The notes: generated by a model from the sequence alone, not told the origin. A stretch of 58,429 bases of DNA, filler included, from Basidiobolus meristosporus CBS 931.73 (GCA_002104905.1; 3 parts of 3 records of this genome joined end to end with filler, not necessarily neighbours in it), one strand, 5' to 3'. Positions 37,299 to 48,801 are shown, counted from the first letter of the whole stretch. Numbers and translations: made by a program.

Positions 37299-38099
37299 CT
37301 ACAAGATAAACTTGGACTTTGCTGTATCCCAAATATCCTCAATATCAAAGTCTAGAGGAGAGTGTAGCAAGACTGCTTGTTCACTGTAGTATTTCTTGAG
37401 GAAGTTTGTGACTTGAAGGGAAGGAGAGTTTTTCAATAAGCTGGTAAATCTTTTGAGGAGTTCTTTTTCCAGAGAGAATGGCACAAAGAGTGGAATGTCC
37501 AAATGATGTTTGAATATATGCTCTGAGAGCTCCCAATCCAGCAAATTTTTGACTTCTTCTGTAAAATCTTCAACAATATCTTTGTCAAGAATAACTTCCA
37601 AGAGATCCCTGGCAATGTACTGAATGTTAATAATCTTAGGCATATGAATACCTAGGTCCTTGAGGTAGTTTCTTTGTTCTGATATTGGGAGATATCCTGC
37701 ATTTCTGAAATAGCAAACAGCCCAGTTGGCAGTAGGAGGAGTATCAGGGCTGACAGGGAATCTTCTTCTGGCTTTAGAGTGCACTGGCTTAGGAGACTGT
37801 CTTGATGGAAGGGCAGCTGGTTTTGGATGAGCTTGAAGTGCTTGAGAGTAGGTCTGAGTACAAGTAGTAGAAGTTCCTGGTTGCTGAGAATTTTCAGATT
37901 GACTGGATGAAGAGCTAATTGAGGGGTTGCAAGGTAAGGAAGAAGCTGAAAGAGCAGTGGAGAGGGCTGGGTGAAGTTCAGAAAGAGTTTTGAAAAGAAT
38001 TTGGATCTGAGATTTCAACATTGAGTTTTCAGCTTCAAGAAGAGAAACTCTTTGTTCAAGGTAAGAAGTCTGTAAAGAGTGAAAGTTGGGTAAAGACAT
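37299..38099 (-). CDS. LINE ORF1/Gag-like protein (266 aa) in an ORF1-only telomeric element (37201-38273)
   Basis: N-terminal coiled coil (LEQRVSLLEAENSMLKSQIQIL), S/P-rich linker with TYSQAL, then an RRM-like VCYFRN...RNYLKDLGIH..KIINIQYIARDLLEVIL. The stop is followed within ~95 nt by the shared 3'-end motif and a telomeric seed. ORF1 assignment rests on architecture. Confidence 0.7.
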   Translation of the reverse strand: MSLPNFHSLQTSYLEQRVSLLEAENSMLKSQIQILFKTLSELHPALSTALSASSLPCNPSISSSSSQSENSQQPGTSTTCTQTYSQALQAHPKPAALPSRQSPKPVHSKARRRFPVSPDTPPTANWAVCYFRNAGYLPISEQRNYLKDLGIHMPKIINIQYIARDLLEVILDKDIVEDFTEEVKNLLDWELSEHIFKHHLDIPLFVPFSLEKELLKRFTSLLKNSPSLQVTNFLKKYYSEQAVLLHSPLDFDIEDIWDTAKSKFIL

Positions 38100-38271
38100 G
38101 GAAGTAATAAATCAGAAGAATGGAGTAGTTGGGGTGGGAGGGTGGCAAAATAGGTAAGAAGAAAAGAGAGGAAAGATCTGAAATTGAAAATCTCAGAATT
38201 TATAGATGGATGGACAAGGGTAGAGGATTGATTAATCCAGGGCCAGGGAAAAATAGATAAGAAGAAAAGAG

Positions 38272-38316
38272 AGGGTTAGGGGGGAGGAAAGTCAACAAGT
38301 GGTGAAATCTTTATTT
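38272..38316 (-). repeat. Minimal ~45-bp 3'-end unit between two telomeric seeds
   Basis: AGGGTTAGGGGGGAGGAAAGTCAACAAGTGGTGAAATCTTTATT, immediately followed by TAGGGTAGGG. Confidence 0.85.
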
Positions 38317-38320
38317 AGGG

Positions 38321-39466
38321 TAGGGTATAGGAGTTGTGGTAAGGGCTACAAAGGGTAAGAGAGCAGGGGGTCTGGGGGACGCAGTCACCCAGATAATAAA
38401 ATAAGCAGGGGGTATGGGGGATGCAATCCCCCATACTGCTCTTTCTTTATTAAGATTCCTTTCAATTTCCTCTGTTTTCTTTACTTTAATTTTATCCTAA
38501 CCCTTCCTAACCCTAAACACTTTTTTTTCATTTTTCATTTTTTATTCAAATTACCATAAATATTGAAACTTATTCTTTGCTCACTGAGTATTCTTACTAT
38601 CTCACCGTTGATTGTTATCCTTTTAGCCCTTTATCAATATTGAAATAAAAAAATTGCAAATCAATTATCCTATAAATTTTAGACCAATTATATAGATTTG
38701 AAGAATTATTAACTTTATATCATTGCTAAAGTCTAGCTCTTTGCTAATGCATATTTATTTATGTTATAACTTACTTAAGACATGTATCATCATATAGCAA
38801 GTAAAATATTTATTAATAAAGTTATATATATCATGATAAAATTTATTACAAAAATAAGGAACTCTCTGATATTCATAGCCTAATTAACTTTTATACACTC
38901 TTCAATATTATTTTTTTTAAATATTTAGAATACAAGCAATTTTTAAACCTCTTAATATATCTACTAATAAAAGTATTTCATATCTGAAAACTTGAAAATA
39001 AATATATTCACAAGAACAATGTTTATATATTGAAAATATCATAAAAAGTTATAATAAATCGTACCAATAGTTATTCTGCTCAATAGTGGTCATTATTAGT
39101 TTTGGGCAACATATATCACGCATGACTAATGTTACTCATGGATTGATGAATCAAGTTAAATCCCAGTAGCCCAATTTAAAAATATTTCCTATGATTTTAT
39201 TGTGAAAAATGACCGCATAGTATAATGTAATTTTGATATTTTAGATATCCAGAGTATGATAATATAAGTTGGTAGAATTACATACCTGTAACACATTTAA
39301 CCTGCGCATCATACACAGCCTGGAGAATATCATTTGATTTTTTATAGATATACCAGCTACACAAAACACATGTTGCAGAGTAACAACTGTGTGGCATTCA
39401 AGTGTACAAGAAATCTTGCACCATGAACAAACAGAAAATTGAGAGCACATCTAATCTGCATTGCAT
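38321..39466. repeat. Module B, copy 2, truncated and capped by TTAGGG
   Basis: Duplicate of 17799-18944. Diverges after attgcat into TTAGGGCTAGGGGGG. Confidence 0.93.
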
Positions 39467-39535
39467 TTAGGGCTAGGGGGGAGACAGTCACCAACAGGTG
39501 AAATCTTTATTTCAGTTGAAACAAAGAAGCCAGCG

Positions 39536-41508
39536 CTACTGTTGTAGCTTTGATACAAGAGTGTGTAGCTGAGGGGAATTAGTAGGTAAGTTAATAAGAA
39601 GTGATGATAGTTCTTCAGTGCTCAACACACTGTTCAGTGGGAAGGGGGGTAGCAAGAGAGGTAAGAATGACTTGTGAACAACATTAATGAGGGGAATGTG
39701 ATAAGGATTGATATTCATCATAAAGGGAGTGTGCTGCTGCAGATATTGCTGCCAAAGGTCTGTCAAGTACTTCAGGTAGGCCAGCTTGGGTTTTTCTGAC
39801 TGCAGAATAAATTCAGCAAACTTCTTGACTTCAGGATCTCCAAGTATGGTTCTCCAGCAGGAGCCAGGTGTTGTGTGGTGTGTTCTCTTCCAGGCCTTAA
39901 TCAGTGGGTTGTTGCAGTTGTGAAGTCTGAGGTATAATCTGGTTCTTAGGTAGAGAAGTCTGATCTTATAGGGCATAAACCCAAAAGCACCAAGAATAGC
40001 ATGTCTGTAGGGGCATTCAGGCAAATGAGGCACCAAGGAGGTAATGCACCATACTGCAAACTTGTCAAGCTTAGTGCAGTCTCTAGAAGTAAGAGAGAGA
40101 AGTGGTAAGCCAAATTCCAGGACAGGGAAGACAAACTGCTTGAGTAGAAGGAGGCAGCTGGGAGCTGAAGTTGTAGGAGGAGTAACAGCCAGTAGCTTGT
40201 GGAGTGCCTGTCTTGCTAGGATAATTCTCTTCTTCAGGTGTGCTCCAGAGTCTAGTCCAGTAGGAAGGAAAGGAAAGCCAAGATATGTAGCAGAAACCTG
40301 AGCAGGTAGAGTGGAGTTCTCCAAGTTGATGGGAGTGCCCAAAGGTACTGTCTTTGCAATGGAAAGCTGGAGATTATTCTTCTGCAGATACTGGTGGATG
40401 GTCTGGGAGTCTTGTTGCACATTGGAGGAGGATATTCTGATGTCATCAGCAAAGAGAGTAACCAGGCAGTCAGCTGAGAGTCTTGGGAAATCATTCAGGA
40501 AGATGGCAAACAGTATAGGACCAAGCACAGAGCCTTGAACCACTCCATTAGGAACTGAGAACACAGCTGATTGCTCACTTGGGTGCAGAATTCTTGCTTG
40601 TGGATCCAGAAACAGAGATCTGACAAGGAGGGTGAGAGAGGTACTGGAGAAGCATTGCAACTTGGACCAAAGCAGATTTCTGTCAACAGAATCAAAGGCC
40701 TTAGTAATATCAAACAGAACAGAGGGATACTTGCACTGGAGAGAGTGATCTTGGCTAAGTATGACTGCATATTCCAAGGAGAGGCCAGGAACAAAGCCAA
40801 ACTGTGCAGGATGAAACTTGAGGGAGTCAGAGTAGAGCTCCTGAGCAAGCAGAAGCTCAAACACCTTTCTGCAGGTGGGCAGCAGAGATATTGGTCTGTA
40901 GGAGCTAGGATCCAGGTGCTTTCCTTTACCCTTGTACAGTGGCAGAACATTTGCAAAGGACCATTCCTCAGGAGTAGAAAGCTGGGCTGAGCATTGCTGA
41001 AACAGTGGAAGCAGAAGTGCAGACATGGCCTTGGTACTAGTCTTCAGAAGCTCATAGGAGATTGTGTCCACACCTGGAGCAGTAGAGTTGGGAAGCCTCT
41101 TGAGCACATTATGGATTCTCCCTTGATCAAGTGCAAGTGGGATGGGCAGAGTCTTGAAGTCAGGATGAAAGCCAGGAGTTGGGTACTGCTTTGTAGAGAA
41201 GAAGATGTTAGCCAGCTGTTCTGTTGAAGGTAACTTCCTGGAAGAGGGCCTCATTGCCCTGTAGAGTCTTGATACTGTTCTTGTTATAGAGTTGGAAGAT
41301 TGCAGAGGCAAGGAACTCATAATATGATCCCAGAGCTGAGTATGCAGAGTGTGGTGAATTGCCTTGGAGTGGTGTATTGCTGTCAGGAGGAGTTTCTCTG
41401 TTTTTGGGTTAGGGAAACTCAGGTAGCTTTGTTGCAGGGCTGAAACAATGGATTCCCATTTTCTTGAGGTAACAGCAGTAGTCTTGCATGGCAGTGAGAG
41501 GGAGGCAG
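39536..41508 (-). CDS. Non-LTR (LINE-type) reverse transcriptase of telomeric element A (39467-41508); frame open up to the telomere junction
   Basis: APGVD, YRPISLL..RKVFE, QFGF, FDITKAFDSV, GVVQGSVLGPILF, LFADD, YLG. ATG ORF 39536-41320 plus about 63 stop-free codons upstream to 41508. No APE, REL, RNase H or CCHC recognisable in what is present. Confidence 0.93.
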
Positions 41509-41730
41509 TTAGGGTTAGGGTTAGGGTTAGGGTTAGGGTTAGGGTTAGGGTTAGGGTTAGGGTTAGGGTTAGGGTTAGGGTTAGGGTTAGGGTTAGGGTT
41601 AGGGTTAGGGTTAGGGTTAGGGTTAGGGTTAGGGTTAGGGTTAGGGTTAGGGTTAGGGTTAGGGTTAGGGTTAGGGTTAGGGTTAGGGTTAGGGTTAGGG
41701 TTAGGGTTAGGGTTAGGGTTAGGGTTAGGG
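41509..41730 (+). repeat. Telomeric repeat array (TTAGGG)37
   Basis: 222 nt of perfect TTAGGG at the contig end, G-strand pointing outward. Confidence 0.98.
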
Positions 41731-41830
41731 NNNNNNNNNNNNNNNNNNNNNNNNNNNNNNNNNNNNNNNNNNNNTTAATTAATTAANNNNNNNNNNNNNN
41801 NNNNNNNNNNNNNNNNNNNNNNNNNNNNNN
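41731..41830. other. Artificial contig linker
   Basis: 44 N + TTAATTAATTAA + 44 N. Confidence 0.98.
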
Positions 41831-43838
41831 CGGCTTCCTTCTTGCCCTTCTTGCCCTTGCCCTTCTTCTTCTCCTTCTTGATGATGTCCTTCATGTTGAA
41901 GTGCTTTCTTCCGTCCTCGGCGTCCATGACCAACAGTTCAAGCTCAGCTTGCTTCTTGGCCTCTTCGGCCTTCTCTTGGGCAGTCAACTTCTTGTTTTTC
42001 TTGCTCTTGGTTGTAGCTACAGGACCCGTTGATTAGACAAAGTAGATCAAGATTGGTCGACGCCGTACGTACATGACTTTGGATTCTTGGGAGCAAACTC
42101 TTCGCCCATCTCGCTCTGGAAGAATGGATCACTTGCATCGATATCAACTTCGTCGTCAGAGAAGAGTTGGCCCTGCTCTTCGCCTTCAGAGTTGTCTTGG
42201 TTCTTCTTGGCTTGCTTCTTCTTCTGTTTTCTCTCCTTCTGCTTTCGGACATATGTTTCCAGAGAGGTTTCATTCTCCTGTTCCTGGTGATATCCAAAGC
42301 GTGAGTATGGCTGGGGAGCTGGAATGCACACCATCAAGTACCTCTTTCTTCTTCTTCTGCTCCAACAGCTCTGCCGCTGCCTCGCTCAATCCTGGGGCAA
42401 ACGTAATCTCCATCTCTTGGTCGACATCATCCTTTTCCTCCTCGGCCTTCGCCAGCAGGTTCTTGTATTTCTGCTTGATCGCCTCGACGTCCTCTTCGTC
42501 CGAGTCAGAGTCGGATGAAGAAGCAATGTAGGCCTTGAAGTCCATCTCGTCTAGGTCTTGCTTGGAGAATTTCTGTCTGGTCACGCGGATACGGTCGACA
42601 TCATCATCGTCCCATGTAAGCTTCACCTTCGAGTGTTGCAGCGCCTACGAAAGAGATTAGTTCAGCTGTTTCCTAATGCCAATGTAGGGGGTAGGGGTAC
42701 CTGGGTGGTGAATTCCAAAGGCTTGTAGCCGGCTGGTGCGTTGTAGGCTTCGTCTCTTGGCTCATCTTCAAACTTCATATCGTCGGGAATGAATCGCAAG
42801 TCGAAGAAATTGGCCGAGCTCTCGTACTCGGTGCCATCACATTGCTTGTAGATGGAGCGAGCAGTCTGGACACTGTCGCACTCAACGACGGCATAATAGT
42901 ACTTGAGGCGCTCAAGCTGGTACTTTCTCAGTTGGTTCATGTCGAACTCCTCGCCGCTATCTGCCTGCACCAATGGCTCGTCCTCATCGACTTGCTCAAC
43001 ATCGGACTCTTCGTGGTCGCTGGTTAGGGGCTTGAAGATCTCTGATGGTGGGCCTTCACGAGCTTCCTTCTCAAGTCGCTCCTTTCCGAATTCCGATGGA
43101 TAGATCTTGACCGACTTGATGGCCCCGCCCTCGGGCATGAATCCGTTGAACACCTTGAACAGATCCACCGACTTGACATTATCCCAGTCAAGATTGATGA
43201 CTGCGAAGCGACATGTCTCATCTCCAGTGGGCACATCCTCATCCTCGTCGCTTTCTGAGTCGTCGTTTTCGGAGTCATCTTCCGAGGAGGAGGACACTCC
43301 CTCTCCTCTCATTGGATCATAACCAGGTTCCTCCTCTGACTCCTCCTCCTCCGACTGTGCGCTCTCAATCTCTGGCTGCTGCTCTTCTTCCGACTCTTCC
43401 TCCGACTCCTCCTCAGAATCTTCTTGTTCCGAGGAATCCAAGTCCTCACCAGAATCGGTACCCTCTTCCAAATCCTCATCCTCAAGATCATAGAATCTCT
43501 TCAGATCATCCTTTACAACCGCCTCCTTCAGCTTTCTACCGTACTTGTCGACCGAAGCTACAAAGATCAACGCCAACACCGATTAACACGTGCAACCAAC
43601 AAATTGGTGAAGGGGGGGCGAGGGGGCGCCCGACGCAACCGAAACAATACTTACGAGCATCACTGAACTCCTTGTTCTTCAGCATGGCCGAGAAACGTTG
43701 GTCGATCTTCACCTTGGTATCCCGCTTTTTGGGTCGGACAAAGCGAGGATCGGAGTGGACGTGTTTGAAACGAGCATCCTGAACGATGGCTCCTTCTTTC
43801 GCTTTGGACCGAGGGGGTTGGCTCTTCTTGGGTGGCAT
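41831..43838 (-). CDS. ESF1: Pre-rRNA processing protein Esf1 (3' end cut by contig edge)
   Basis: DARFKHVHSDPRF, VDKYGRK, RFAVINLDWD, IYPSEFGKER, LRKYQLERLKYYYAVVEC, DLRFIPDD, ALQHSKVKLTWD. Introns 43558-43654, 42645-42700, 42284-42341 and one near 42030-42085. Confidence 0.95.
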
Positions 43839-44829
43839 GGTTGGGTGGTTGGCTCGTAGACACGTAAACCCGATTCGATGGTGATGAAGTATGTTTGGGC
43901 GGGGATCCATCTGTCGGCGGGATGGAAAAAAAATTGAAAAAAACCCGTGGCCCTTCCTTCGAAGAAAAGCAGTCCGGTTGATCAGAAATCTCCCGAAATC
44001 ACTCGACTACGGCTGGTCAATCACTCCTGATGATCGCAGTGGTTGGGAATCCATGGAAAACGGTGTATTGGTGAGTACCGGAGAACAGTAGAAGTGATGT
44101 GGAGGGATCAAAATTCATCCGCACGTGGTAAATTGCTGTGTATCATGATCTAGTATTTGTGACTTGGTCACTTTCGTCTAAACTTATCTAAAGCCCCCAA
44201 GCTTTGCACACCGCTTCTGGGAACCTTATTTATATCATTCCAATCATTGACTTTGCCAAGTTCTTGTAAAAGCCTAAATATTCTATTCAAACTCGGCCCA
44301 ATAAAACAATTAGTGGGTATCATGCAATTCTTCTGGTACTTCAAATCACTTCCAATATTCCTCAGAATCTTGCAACCACTGTTACCACTGTTCTGGTGTG
44401 GTTTAAAGCATAAAACACTGCAAACTATAGCTTTTTTTGGATGCTTCACTGCTACTCTTACTAATGCACTTTGCTTGCTTTGGATTTGTTGTAAGAGTCT
44501 TGGAGATATTGGAAGTGATTGGGAGAACAAGTAGATTATGTGGTTTTCACTTAATGATTTATTGAATGTAAAAGTAGTATTTATACTTTTACATGGTCTT
44601 GGCATTACAAACACGTAGAATAGGTTAAGGAAGGTCCCAAGAACATGTGTGCAAAGTTTGGGGCTGTTTGGACAACTTTGAGAATTTTCATGTTCTGGGT
44701 AAATATTCTAAGTAAATCCCAACAAGGAACTTGGTCAGTATTCTCTAGGATTTGAAGGTGATGATCTAAGTGACTAAGTTAGGTGAATATTTAGGTGGAA
44801 TTAAGAATTTTTACAACACTCCCACTCAG

Positions 44830-47800
44830 CTAAATGTTCATACTGACTAGTCCTAATTTTGACCTAAGATATTCAAACTTGTCTCTAGCTAATGGTTTGG
44901 TAAATATGTCTGCAATCATTTCATCTGTAGGACAGTAAACTAAGCTAACTAAGTTATTCTCTATAGCTTCACATATGAAATGATGTCTAATATCTATGTG
45001 CTTGGTTCTAGCATGAAAAGTTGGATTTCTACCTAATTGTATACATCCTTGATTATCTTGAAATAAAGTAATAGGTGTTTTTTGACATAGGCCTAAATCT
45101 GTAAAGAGCTTTCTTAACCACATTGCTTCTTTTGTAGCTTCACAGGCTGCCATATACTCTGCCTCTGTAGTAGAAAGTGCTACGGTTGGTTGCTTTCTTG
45201 AATTCCATGAAATTGCTCCTTTACAGTAAAGAAAGGTGTATCCTGTGGTGGATCTTCTGTCTTCCAAATTTTGTCCCCAATCAGCATCAGAGTATCCCAC
45301 AAGATCTTGTTCTGAGTCCTTATAAGTGTATCTTAAGCAAATATCAGCAGTTCCTTTTAGGTATCTAAAAATCCGCTTAACTGCTGCAATATGATCAGAT
45401 CCATAGTTCTGATTATGTTGGCTGACAACTCCCACTGAATATGAGATATCTGGACGTGTTCCAAGCATGATATACATCAGACTGCTGACCATAGATTGAT
45501 AAGGAAAGTCAGGGCTTTCAGATGGCACCAAGCTCTCTTGATTTGGTTGAGTTTTGACCAAGTTAAGGTTTGTCTCCATTGGGGTAGCTGCCGGTTTACA
45601 GTCTTCCATTTTGTACTTCTTTAGTATATCTTGAATATACTTGGATTGGCTTAGGGTAATAGTCTGGGTACTTCTGTCTATGGAGAACTTAATCCCTAAG
45701 TAGTAACTAAGTTCTCCTAGATTGGACATCTTGAACTCCTTAGATAGGCTGGATTTAGTCTCTTCCAATGTTTCTAGATTATTGGCAGCTATAATAAGAT
45801 CATCCACATATAGAGCTAATAGAACTGGATTTGCTCTATCTGGCTTATAGTATACACTATAGTCAGCATTACTTCTTTTGAAACTCAAAGATTCCAAATA
45901 AGAATCTATGTTGCAATTCCAGGCTCTTGGTGATTGTTTGAGACCATATAGTGACTTTTTAAGCTTGCAGACCAAATGGGGGTTATCTTGGTCAACAAAC
46001 CCATCAGGCTGGTCCATATACACGTCCTCATCAAGTTCTCCATTCAAAAATGCAGTTTTTACATCCATTTGATGAATAAAAAACTTATATTTGGCTGCAA
46101 TAGCCTAAATTAATCTGATGGAATTAAACTTGGCTACCGGTGCAAAGGTCTCAGGATAGTCAAGTCCTTTTGTTTGAGAGTATCCTTTGGCTACAAGTCT
46201 TGCTTTGTATCTTTCAATTGTGCCATCAGCCTTGTATTTTGTCTTGAAGACCCATCTGCATCCAATTGATTTTTGGTTGATTGGTAATTTGACTAAGTCC
46301 CAAGTTTGATTTTCCATCAGGGCCTGATATTCCTCAGTCATTGCAGATCTCCAAAACTTTGTCTGAGGGCTATTTAGGGCCTCTTTTACAGTCTGGGGTT
46401 CATCAATATCGACTGAATAGGCATAGGCTAAGTTTGTACCCTCATTGATATAGTAGTTTGGGCTATTTTGTGTCTGATTTGATCTCCAGGCATTTGATAC
46501 TGGAATGATCACTTCTGGGATATTCCTGGGCACTGATTCTGGCTGAACCACGGTTGTAGAGTCCTCTGGAGTGAAAAATATTTCATTGTTTTGCTCTGAT
46601 TCAATCCTGACAATTGGTGGACTTGAGATCAAATTTTTGTCATCATCTGATGTCATTTTTTGTGAAAATTTTGAATTTTCATCAAACAACACATCCCTGG
46701 ACTTGATCAGCTTCTTTGCTTTGGTATTGTAGAGTTTGTATGCCTTACTCTCATTGCAGTAGCCCAAAAATATGCATTTTACACTTTTTGGCTCAAATTT
46801 TGACTGATTTCCGGCCAGTTTTTTGGCATATGCTGTACACCCAAATATTCTTAGATGTTCTGCACTTGATCTGTATCCATACCATGCTTCAAATGGAGTA
46901 GAATCACAAAGTATTCTGTTATAACTCCTATTTTTAAGATATACAGCAGTGGCAACTGATTCCGCCCAAAAATCATAGGATAGTTTTTGATCATGGATCA
47001 TAGATCTTGCCATATCAATTATTGAACTGTTAGCTCGTTCTGCTACTCCATTTTGCTGTGGGGAGTATGGTACAGTAGTCTCTTGCTTTATCCCATGAAT
47101 TTTGCAGAAGTGGATGAAGAGTTTTGAGGTATATTCTCCACCATTGTCAGAGCGTATTTTCTTGATTTTTTCACCAGTTTCTCTCTCCACCATGGCTTTA
47201 AACTCCCTGAACTTAGACAGAGCTTCTTCCTTTCTCTCCATGAAGTAGACCCATGTGTATCTTGTATAATCATCAATAAAAGCGATTAAATACTTCATCC
47301 TGCCTAAGGATAAATTTTGCATAGGTCCACACAGATCTGAGTGAATTAGATCAAATTTTCTCTTAGTTTTGATTAGCCCAGAGCTCTTGAATGGTTGTCT
47401 GGCTTGTTTCCCATATATGCAAGCTTCACAGTGCTCCAAATTAGCTGGGGGATCAATTTTCACTCCAGAAATTAGCTGATCTTTGATCATTTTACGCAAA
47501 TAATCAAAATTGATGTGTCCAAATCTCCTGTGCCAAAGCATTGGTGTTTCTTCATTTAAGTTACTTATATTGGCTTCCAAATATGATGGAATATAAGTCA
47601 ACTTGTATAGATTCTGATCTCTGATGCCCAAAGCAATATGGGCACCCTTTTGATCAGTGATCCTGCATCCAGAATTGTCAAAACTGAAACTGAGTCCTTC
47701 TGCTGTGGCCTTGCTTACAGAGAGTAGGTTCTTGGCTATTTCTGGTACATAGAGTACTTCTTTAAAGGTCAATGTATGGCTTCCTTCACTGCTTCTAAGG

Positions 47801-48801
47801 TTTACTTGGATAGTTCCTTCTCCCACTGCATCAAGTGTTCTATTGTCACCCATGAAAACCTTCTTAATTGTAATTTCTTGATATTGGGTAAAAAGTTCTT
47901 TTTGGTGTGTAAAGTGTTGAGAAGCTCCAGAGTCAATATACCACGTCTGAGAATCCTTGTTTGTGGTCATATTTAGTGCAGATATGAATAGTCTATCTTC
48001 AGTTGTTGCAGCATTTCCATATTCAGGCTTCTTTTGCTGATAATCTCTCTTTTTGAAACACCGGTCTGATGTGTGTCCTTTCCTTTTGCAGTAGTTGCAA
48101 AATAGGTTGCTGTTGCCTTTGTAGGGTCTTGGGTACCTCCTTTGTTGGTTATCATTGCTTATTAAAGCATTTTCTTCTTCCTTCTTATTGGCGCTTGATT
48201 TTCTTAATTCTTCATCCAGGAGCCTTCCATATACGTAATTTAAGGTCAAATCTCCAGTTCTGGACTCTAGGGCTGATACAAGGCCCTGAAACTTGTCTGT
48301 CAGGCTATTCAGGATGGTAACTATCACATCCTCATCAGTAGTTGGTACACCCACAGATTCCATCTCATCTACCAGCAGGGTAATTCTGTTAATTAGATTT
48401 TTCATTTCTTCTCCTGGCAGCATCTTTGTAGTAAAGAATTTTCTTCTCAGATACATTTTCTTGGCAGCTGAACATGATTGGTAGGTGTCTTCTAATGCCT
48501 TCCAGGCATTCTTTGCTGTTTTTGCTCTTGAGCATTGAATTAGCAATTTGTCCTTGACATTAAGGCAAGTGCAGTTAAAGGCACTTTGTTCTTTCTTCTG
48601 GTACTTCAAGGCTTACTCTCCCACGTTTTTAGGAGGGCATTCTTCTCCCATGACAATATCCCAAAGGCCTCTTTCTTGTAGCCGCATCTTCATCTTCACC
48701 TTCCACACTTGGTAGTTAGATCCATCCAGCTTTTCAGCAGAGGGAAAAATTCCAGTAATAGCAGTAGTAGACATTGCAGAGAGTGACAGCTCAGGGCTCA
48801 T
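44830..48801 (-). pseudogene. Copia gag-pol, single frame of 1324 codons with two in-frame nonsense codons
   Basis: ORFs 48613-48801, 46105-48609 and 44830-46068 are in one frame. TAA at 48613-15 is GAA in copy 50126-50320; TAG at 46105-07 is TTG in the 14.1 kb copy. Domain order gag-CCHC-PR(DSGA)-IN-RT(YVDD)-RH. Confidence 0.95.

Noticed and set aside
39536-41320. Penelope-like (Athena/Coprina) identity for the telomeric RT
   Set aside because: Motifs (APGxD, YRPISLL, KAFDSV, QGSVLGP, FADD) are typical of LINE-type RTs rather than PLE RTs.
39536-41320. Claim that the element is naturally endonuclease-less
   Set aside because: The frame is open to the truncation point, so an N-terminal APE could have been cut off. 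Kept only as an open question.
41448-41786. ORFs of poly-(RV) and poly-(LG)
   Set aside because: Translations of the TTAGGG array and the N linker.
41509-41900. Apparent interstitial telomere next to ESF1
   Set aside because: Separated by an artificial linker; the array is simply the end of its contig.
42073-43782. Plus-strand ORFs over ESF1 and the many antisense ORFs over the TEs
   Set aside because: Shadow frames of codon-biased or acidic coding sequence on the opposite strand.
43920-43945. RRPE-like A-tract upstream of ESF1
   Set aside because: Imperfect match in low-complexity sequence; not supportable.
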